From an uncultured bacterium (GTDB lineage Bacteria; Krumholzibacteriota; Krumholzibacteriia; LZORAL124-64-63): 64,000 nucleotides of DNA. The translations under genes and the position numbers were made by a program. Under the pieces are notes generated by a model, which saw nothing but the letters and a program-made list of their open reading frames with translations, ran no database searches and was not told the origin of the DNA. This document shows, in pieces, positions 57,814 to 64,000 of the stretch. The number at the start of each line of letters is the position of its first letter. Position 1 is the stretch's first letter. The stretch covers positions 224,001 through 288,000 of the forward strand of contig CAVSGO010000003.1 of assembly GCA_963727525.1 (NCBI GenBank), given 5' to 3'.

Positions 57814-58731
57814 TCATCCGAGCGCATGAATCGCGTCGCGCAGATTGACCGGACGCCGAGGCGCGATCCGGCCGATACCGTCCGCTGTCGCGACACGCGC
57901 CAGAAGCATCGTCGGGTCGAGAAGGGGGATCTCCGTACCCGCGACGCACATGTCCGAGAGTAATTCGACCTGACGCCGCGCGACATCGCTATTCTCGATC
58001 GCCGCGCCCTTCAAGACCGAGATGCCGAAGAAGCCGCGGAGATGGTGTTCGAGGATGCACGCCGGCACGGTGGTTGCGGGTGCACCGACAACGGAATATA
58101 CCAGATGCGACTCGGCCACCTGCCCGGGCGAGAGCGGCGGCTGGATATAGGGAAAGTCCACGACACGGGCTCCGCGCCGGGCCCAGACACGCAGGCGATC
58201 GAATTGATCGAGGCCGGTGTACCTCGTGTCGCGCTCATAGGCTTCGGCGCTCATCGCAAACGGATCGTTTTGCTCGATGAACATCAAAGGACGTGTCTCG
58301 AATCGGGCCGAGATCGTCTGGCGAACGGCCGCGAGCATGGGCGTGAATCGGCCAGAGCCGCGGGCCGCCTCATCGATGTAGATGTAGTTGAGGTTTGCCG
58401 TGATAGCATGCTGGTACGCGATGGTGATGACGTTGGCACCACCGACACGAAGACCCGCCGCGATGTCATCGGCAACGAGGCAGATCTCGCTAAACGCACC
58501 GTACTTGGCCGCAAGTTCCTCGTATGCCGGCGAATCGTTCAATGCCAGGCACCGCTCGAAGCCGCTGACATCTTCCTTCTCGTCGGGGAGGACGAAAGCT
58601 CGATCGTAGCCGGCGTAGAATTCCGCGAAGACCTCGCTGCCCGGCTGGCTGGTCGCGTAAACCCGAAGGCCCTCTGCCGTCGTCAAGGCCCAGTCGCCAG
58701 CTGCGAGTCGCAGCGGTCTGGCGTGCGTCAT
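57814..58731 (-). CDS. GNAT-fold acetyltransferase-like protein
   Basis: 'AFVLPDEKE', 'NLNYIYIDEAARGSG' (motif A-like), 'R.RVWARRG...FPYIQPPL'. Confidence 0.65.
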   Translation of the reverse strand: MTHARPLRLAAGDWALTTAEGLRVYATSQPGSEVFAEFYAGYDRAFVLPDEKEDVSGFERCLALNDSPAYEELAAKYGAFSEICLVADDIAAGLRVGGANVITIAYQHAITANLNYIYIDEAARGSGRFTPMLAAVRQTISARFETRPLMFIEQNDPFAMSAEAYERDTRYTGLDQFDRLRVWARRGARVVDFPYIQPPLSPGQVAESHLVYSVVGAPATTVPACILEHHLRGFFGISVLKGAAIENSDVARRQVELLSDMCVAGTEIPLLDPTMLLARVATADGIGRIAPRRPVNLRDAIHALG

Positions 58732-59063
58732 GTTCGTGGGTTCATTCCGCCGTGGTCTCCTGGGAGCCTGGCGCCCGACAGTCGGGCGCGGCCTCGCTCT
58801 TGCATTATGGCACAAAGAGGGCGCGACAAGGATGGACCATTTTCTCGCCCTCCGCCGGCGAACGTACCTTGCCTGGGACCAAACTCGCCATGGAGCGCCG
58901 CGTGGCCAGCTGCATGCCCTGCTCGTTCGGCGCGAAAATTTGGCGTAAATATTCCAGCATCTCCAGGATTCCGCCTCTCAACGGTACCGGCGCGGCTTCC
59001 GGTCTGTTACATTGGACCGTCCCCGACGACCGTCGACCCACCAAACCCGAAAGGTGCTCCGTG

Positions 59064-61151
59064 ATGCGTCTGAACCGTAATGCCCTGATCGCGCTGGTCC
59101 TGCTCGTCGCCGGCTTATTGCCGTATGCGCGCGCGCTGGCCGAGGACAAGGATCCGTATGCCTGGCTCGAGGATGTCGAGGGGAAGAAGGCCCTCGAGTG
59201 GGTGAAGAAGCGTAGCGACAAGGACACCGCCGAGCTCGAGAAGGTGCCGGAGTTCGCGTCCATGCACGAGGAGTTGCTGAAGATCTACAACTCGCGCGAC
59301 CGCATCCCCTTTGCGGGGATCGACGGGGCCTGGCTCTACAATTTCTGGCAGGACGCTGACCATGTGCGCGGCATCTGGCGTCGCACGTTCCTCGACTCGT
59401 ACGTGCAGGCCGATCCGCAGTGGGAGACGGTGCTCGACGTCGACGCCCTGGCCGAGAAGGAGGGCGAGAACTGGGTGTGGCACGGGGCCGAGGGGTTGCC
59501 GCCGGACTACAGCCGCTTCCTGGTCACGCTGTCGCGTGGTGGCGGCGACGCGGCCGTCACTCGCGAGTTCGACGCCATCGCCAAGGACTTCGTGAAGGAT
59601 GGCTTCACCGTCCCCGAGGCCAAGGCGGAGGTGTCGTGGAAGGATGCCGACACTGTCTGGATCGGCACGGATTTCGGCGAGGGTTCGCTCACGACGTCGG
59701 GCTATCCGCGCATCGTCAAGCTGTGGAAGCGCGGCACGCCGCTCAGCGCGGCGAAGACCGTGTTTGCCGGCGAGGAATCCGATGTGTCGGTTGGCGCCGG
59801 TACCAACGTCACGCCCGAGGGAACCTACGACGTGGTCTATCGTTCGCCGGCGTTCTTCCGCGCCACCAGCTATCTGGTACTCGGCGGCAAGCTCGTGAAG
59901 ATCGACGTGCCCGACGACGCGCAGATGCGCGGCATCTTCAAGAACCACATGATGCTCTCCCTGCGGTCCGACTGGACCGTTGGCGGCACCACCTATCCGC
60001 AGGACGCCCTGCTGGCCATCGATCTCGACCGCTTCCTGGCCGGCGATCGCGATTTCACCGTGCTCTTCCATCCCGAGGAGCGCGTGTCCCTCGACCAGGT
60101 GCGCACCACCCGCGACTTCCTGCTGCTCTCCACCCTCGACAACGTGCGTGGGCGCCTCTACAAGCTCACGCCCGGAGATAAGGAGTGGGCGCGCGAGGAG
60201 ATCGCCCTGCCCGGCCTGGGCTCGGTGGGCATCGGTTCCACGACCGACGTCGACAACACCTTCATGTTCACCTACAACGACTTCCTCACGCCGCCCAGCC
60301 TGTATCTCGTGCGCGACGGTGAGGAACCGCAGGCGATCAAGACCATGCCCGCGTTCTTCGACATCGACGGTATGGCGGTGAAGCAATACGAGGCCACGTC
60401 GAAGGACGGCACCAAGATCCCGTACTTCGTCTTCATGCCCAAGGGTTTCACGGCCAATGGCAAGAACCCGACGGTGCTCTACGGGTACGGCGGTTTCGAG
60501 ATCTCCCTCGAGCCCAACTACTCCGCGACCACCGGCAAGGCCTGGGTGAGTCGCGGTGGCGTGTACGTGCTCGCGAATATCCGCGGCGGTGGCGAGTTCG
60601 GCCCCAAGTGGCACCAGGCCGCCATGAAGGAGAAGCACCAGAACGCGTTCGACGACTTCATCGCGGTTGCCGAGGACCTCATCGCCCGCCACATCACGTC
60701 GTCCGAACACCTGGGCATCATGGGCGGATCCAACGGCGGCCTGCTCGTGGGGGCCTGCTTCGTCCAGCGTCCCGAGCTGTTCGGCGCCGTGGCTTGCCAG
60801 GTGCCGTTGCTGGACATGAAGCGCTACAGCCACCTTCTGGCCGGCGCGAGCTGGATGGCCGAGTACGGCAACCCGGACACCGACGACTGGAACTACATGA
60901 AGACGTGGTCGCCGTACCAGAATCTCGACAAGAACAAGACCTACCCCAAGGTCTTCTTCTACACGTCCACCCGCGACGACCGCGTGCACCCGGGCCACGC
61001 CCGCAAGATGGTGGCCAAGATGACCGACATGGGCAAGCCCGTGTATTACTATGAAAACACCGAGGGCGGCCACTCGGCCGGCGCCAACCTCAATCAGCGC
61101 GCCTACATGATGGCGCTGACCTACGCGTATTTCTGGAAGATGCTGCGGTAG
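59064..61151 (+). CDS. Secreted prolyl oligopeptidase (S9A)
   Basis: Signal peptide, 'DPYAWLED', 'ANIRGGGEFG', catalytic 'GGSNGG', 'DDRV', 'GGH'. Confidence 0.95.
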   Translation: MRLNRNALIALVLLVAGLLPYARALAEDKDPYAWLEDVEGKKALEWVKKRSDKDTAELEKVPEFASMHEELLKIYNSRDRIPFAGIDGAWLYNFWQDADHVRGIWRRTFLDSYVQADPQWETVLDVDALAEKEGENWVWHGAEGLPPDYSRFLVTLSRGGGDAAVTREFDAIAKDFVKDGFTVPEAKAEVSWKDADTVWIGTDFGEGSLTTSGYPRIVKLWKRGTPLSAAKTVFAGEESDVSVGAGTNVTPEGTYDVVYRSPAFFRATSYLVLGGKLVKIDVPDDAQMRGIFKNHMMLSLRSDWTVGGTTYPQDALLAIDLDRFLAGDRDFTVLFHPEERVSLDQVRTTRDFLLLSTLDNVRGRLYKLTPGDKEWAREEIALPGLGSVGIGSTTDVDNTFMFTYNDFLTPPSLYLVRDGEEPQAIKTMPAFFDIDGMAVKQYEATSKDGTKIPYFVFMPKGFTANGKNPTVLYGYGGFEISLEPNYSATTGKAWVSRGGVYVLANIRGGGEFGPKWHQAAMKEKHQNAFDDFIAVAEDLIARHITSSEHLGIMGGSNGGLLVGACFVQRPELFGAVACQVPLLDMKRYSHLLAGASWMAEYGNPDTDDWNYMKTWSPYQNLDKNKTYPKVFFYTSTRDDRVHPGHARKMVAKMTDMGKPVYYYENTEGGHSAGANLNQRAYMMALTYAYFWKMLR

Positions 61152-61176
61152 GACGCCGTCGCATCACGGGGACACG

Positions 61177-61204
61177 GCGGGGCGCTCCATTCGGGGCGCC
61201 CCGC
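61177..61204 (+). terminator. Stem-loop after the peptidase gene
   Basis: GCGGGGCGCTCC-ATTC-GGGGCGCCCCGC. Weak U tail. Confidence 0.55.
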
Positions 61205-61584
61205 GTCGTTCGGCGACTCAGGACCGCGCCGCCACCTACCGCGCATCCACTCCCTTGAGCGGCAGCCACAGGCAGAAGCCCACCTCGGCGCCGAGGGCGG
61301 AGGCGTGAGGGCGGGATGGCAACAAGGCGAATCCGTGTCGATGTGGTCGAAGGATCACGGCCAGGCGCGACGGGAAGTGCCTGGTCGCCGCCGGTCTGAC
61401 CTTGCGAATTGCGCGGGGCGCGGGTGACGCGCGCGGAATGCGACCGCGTCGCGGTCCCTCCGCTGGTGTCAGTGGCCACGATGTGCCATCGCGAGGAACG
61501 CCACGCATGACCAGCGCGAGAACGGCACGGAAGTTGGACCGCGTCGCTCGGCATACTGATGTTCGTTGCGAAGTTCGAGGAGAT

Positions 61585-62451
61585 ATGAAGCGATCCGTAC
61601 GCCCGTACTTGCCCATACTCGCGCTACTGCTGGCTCTTCCGCCCGCGCGCGTGACGGCTGACGAGTACTCGCGGCGCCTGACCCGCGTGCCGCCGCCATC
61701 TGCCCCGCGGCCGTCGGACGAGGCGCCGGTGCCGGCACCGGTGCCGCCGGCGCCGCAAGCCGCCCTGCCGAGCATCGTGCGTCCCTCCGTCGCGAAACCG
61801 GCGCTGCTCGAACCGGCATACGAGGTGGCCGGCCTGGGACGTGGCAACGTCGTCAGCTTCCAGGTGGCGGCCACGGATGCCGTGGTCTGGCAACTCGTCG
61901 TGCGCGAGGTGGACGGGCCCGTGGCGCAGATCTTCTCGGGGGAGGGTGCTCCCCCACCCCGGATCAACTGGGATGGCCGTCTCATCGACGGCGGCCTGGC
62001 GTGGTGCGCGCTGACCTACACCTACGACCTGTACTACACCGATGCGGCCGGTGAGGATGGTACCGTCGCCGGCTCCGATTTCACGCTTCCGGCATACACG
62101 CGCGAGGATCCCCAGGGCGTGACGTTCCTCATCCCCGGCGACCAGCTCCGGCCGGGCCACGGCCCGCAGGCCACGCCGGCCGGCGACACCGCGGCGGCGG
62201 CACGCTCACGGCTGGCTCCGGTGGCGGGGCGGCTCGATCGTGCCCCCGACCGGATCACGATCCGCATCGAGGTGTTCGCCCGCGACGCCGGATCGGCCCA
62301 GGATCTCGGCGAGGCGGTACGCGTGGCGCTCCTCGCCCTGCTCGAGCGTCGCGATCGCGCGATCGAACTGTACGTGGGTGATGCGCCGGCGGCGCCAGCG
62401 GCGGGAACGATCGCGATCACCACCGTGCCCGTGTCACCGGGAGCGAGCTAG
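61585..62451 (+). CDS. Secreted hypothetical protein with FlgD-like beta domain and degenerate OmpA-like C-terminus
   Basis: RBS GAGGAG, signal peptide, Pro-rich linker, 'WQLVV...FSGEG.PP..INWDGR'. Confidence 0.65.
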   Translation: MKRSVRPYLPILALLLALPPARVTADEYSRRLTRVPPPSAPRPSDEAPVPAPVPPAPQAALPSIVRPSVAKPALLEPAYEVAGLGRGNVVSFQVAATDAVVWQLVVREVDGPVAQIFSGEGAPPPRINWDGRLIDGGLAWCALTYTYDLYYTDAAGEDGTVAGSDFTLPAYTREDPQGVTFLIPGDQLRPGHGPQATPAGDTAAAARSRLAPVAGRLDRAPDRITIRIEVFARDAGSAQDLGEAVRVALLALLERRDRAIELYVGDAPAAPAAGTIAITTVPVSPGAS

Positions 62452-62464
62452 CCTGACGCGACGG

Positions 62465-63334
62465 TCAGTCATGGAGCAACCGGGCCAGCTCGACCAGGCG
62501 CGCGAGCACCGTCTCGGATCGTTCAACCGCATTGTCGAGGCCATGGATCTCGTACGGGCCTTCGTGGTACATGATCTCCGTGCGCGTGACGCCGAGCACG
62601 CCTTCGCGCGTGTACACCTGTGGCTGGGAGATCGCGAAGTCGGCCATGGCGTCCAGGAACGCCGGTGTCAGCGATTCGCGGACGGCATCGGCGGGCTCGC
62701 CTCGGACGAGGAAATGGCGGTCGAAGCGTTCGTGGCCGATCCGGATGTCGTGCCCCGGGTTCAGGCCGAAATGGTGGGCGAGGGTGGCGTACCAGCGCTC
62801 CTTGTCGATGCGCAGGTCGAACGGTAGCGGCTGGGGGAAGAAAACCTCGATGCGCAGGTAGGTGGCCGGCGTCGGATTGGCACCGATCCCGGGAATCCGC
62901 GCCGGCATGACCTGCGACACCAGATCGACACGTACGAGGAATCCGTCGCGATACTCGCGCAGCTCCTGCGCCGCGTGTGTGGGCGTGAGTGCCTGCAGCT
63001 CGCGGTTCATGGCCGCGAGTTCGCCCCGATCGAGGAAGAACGACTCGCAGCGCGGACACGCGTCGAACACGATGTCGGAGAACGCGAGCAGGTTGACCTT
63101 GCGCATCGCCTCGCCGTCGCAGCGCGGGCAATGCCGTACCGCGTGGTCGTCGTTGTGGAGATTCTCGTCGAGGGAGCAGTACTCGATATCGCCGGCCAGA
63201 CCGGTGGCCAGGACGTTCAGCTCGTCCTTGTCGAGGAAGATGCCGCCACAGTGCGGGCAGCGGTCACTCGTGAAGTCGGGTTCGGTCACACGCTTCATTG
63301 GCGTGCCGCAGGCGGGGCAGGTTCGATTGGCCAT
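62465..63334 (-). CDS. Protein with two zf-TFIIB-like zinc ribbons and an unknown C-terminal domain
   Basis: RBS AGGAGG. 'CPAC...DRCPHCGGIFLDKDEL' and 'CPRC...DACPRCESFFLDRGEL'. Confidence 0.8.
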   Translation of the reverse strand: MANRTCPACGTPMKRVTEPDFTSDRCPHCGGIFLDKDELNVLATGLAGDIEYCSLDENLHNDDHAVRHCPRCDGEAMRKVNLLAFSDIVFDACPRCESFFLDRGELAAMNRELQALTPTHAAQELREYRDGFLVRVDLVSQVMPARIPGIGANPTPATYLRIEVFFPQPLPFDLRIDKERWYATLAHHFGLNPGHDIRIGHERFDRHFLVRGEPADAVRESLTPAFLDAMADFAISQPQVYTREGVLGVTRTEIMYHEGPYEIHGLDNAVERSETVLARLVELARLLHD

Positions 63335-63854
63335 GCGCGTCGTCCTCCTTTCGTCATGAGAGCCTTCGCGTGGGCCCAGCATTCGCGAGATTTGTACGAT
63401 TTTCCAGTGTCCAGACGGCGGCGCGTCCGTCGGCCTGCAGATGATGCGGGATGAATCCCACCGCGGAGTCGGATAGTGCGAGTCCCACCTGGCTCGCGTC
63501 GTCGTTGCGGTCGCCGCGTGGGCGTCGGTCGCACGATGCCGACCGTTGCCTGAATGTGGTGCGTGCGGACATCCCCATGGCCTCCCCCTCGCGCGAGACT
63601 CCATATCCAGCGCGACGCGTCAGACGCGACCGCGTGACCATATCCGATCAAACGGACCGTGACTACAGAACTCTCGCGGGCGGTGGCGCGCATGACCACC
63701 CGCGAACTGGACCGTTTCAATCCGAAACGTTTGCGCAGGCTCGCAAGTCGGCGCAATGCCATGGCATCGCGATCCCAGATATGAGATAATCGCGCTGGCG
63801 CCGGGGATGCCGCCTAGCCTGGGGATTACGCCACGCGAACGAAAGCGACGATCC

Positions 63855-64000
63855 ATGAAGTCCACCCACCGGATCTTCGTGAGGCTGCTGCTTGCAGCGG
63901 CCTCGGTCTCTCTTGCACTGTCTGCCAGTGCGACCGATCAGATCGGGATCTTCTTCGATTCCGAAGGTACCGTGACCACGGCCACCACCACCGCGCCCAT
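63855..64000 (+). CDS. 3'-truncated secreted protein
   Basis: MKSTHRIFVRLLLAAASVSLALSASA-TDQIGIFFD..., open to the window end. Confidence 0.7.
   Translation, partial: MKSTHRIFVRLLLAAASVSLALSASATDQIGIFFDSEGTVTTATTTAP

Overview
High-GC bacterial genomic DNA, densely coding, with about 47 CDS. I saw no rRNA, tRNA, CRISPR array or recognisable IS or prophage. Many secreted proteins end in a FlgD-Ig/T9SS-like C-terminal domain or a short 'W-x-x-V-K-x-L-F' tail, which suggests (inference) an FCB-group candidate phylum such as Krumholzibacteriota or Latescibacterota. Main blocks: (i) a beta-1,3-glucan utilisation regulon (GH16, carbohydrate-binding lipoprotein, ROK repressor, GH1, GH-A/beta-barrel fusion, GH149-like phosphorylase, GPH-MFS, GH17) scattered over 15.8-50.4 kb, with no SusC/D, tied together by four copies of a 25-bp palindromic operator overlapping sigma70 promoters; (ii) a GtrA/methyltransferase/GtrB/DUF6311-like surface glycosylation cluster; (iii) a TPR-CHAT protease + ECF sigma + zinc anti-sigma module; (iv) the most striking locus, 53.06-55.86 kb. 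There a sigma70 promoter drives a 28-codon leader ORF with an in-frame UGA followed by an fdhF-like SECIS hairpin (GGUC loop). It is followed by tusA-like, dsrE-like, tusA-osmC fusion and a MetE-like (cobalamin-independent methionine synthase catalytic domain) gene with its own in-frame UGA plus SECIS-like hairpin. I read this as a candidate new selenoprotein operon possibly controlled by a selenocysteine-sensing leader peptide. Three single-base frameshifts in otherwise intact genes suggest residual sequencing errors, so single-base claims need read-level confirmation.
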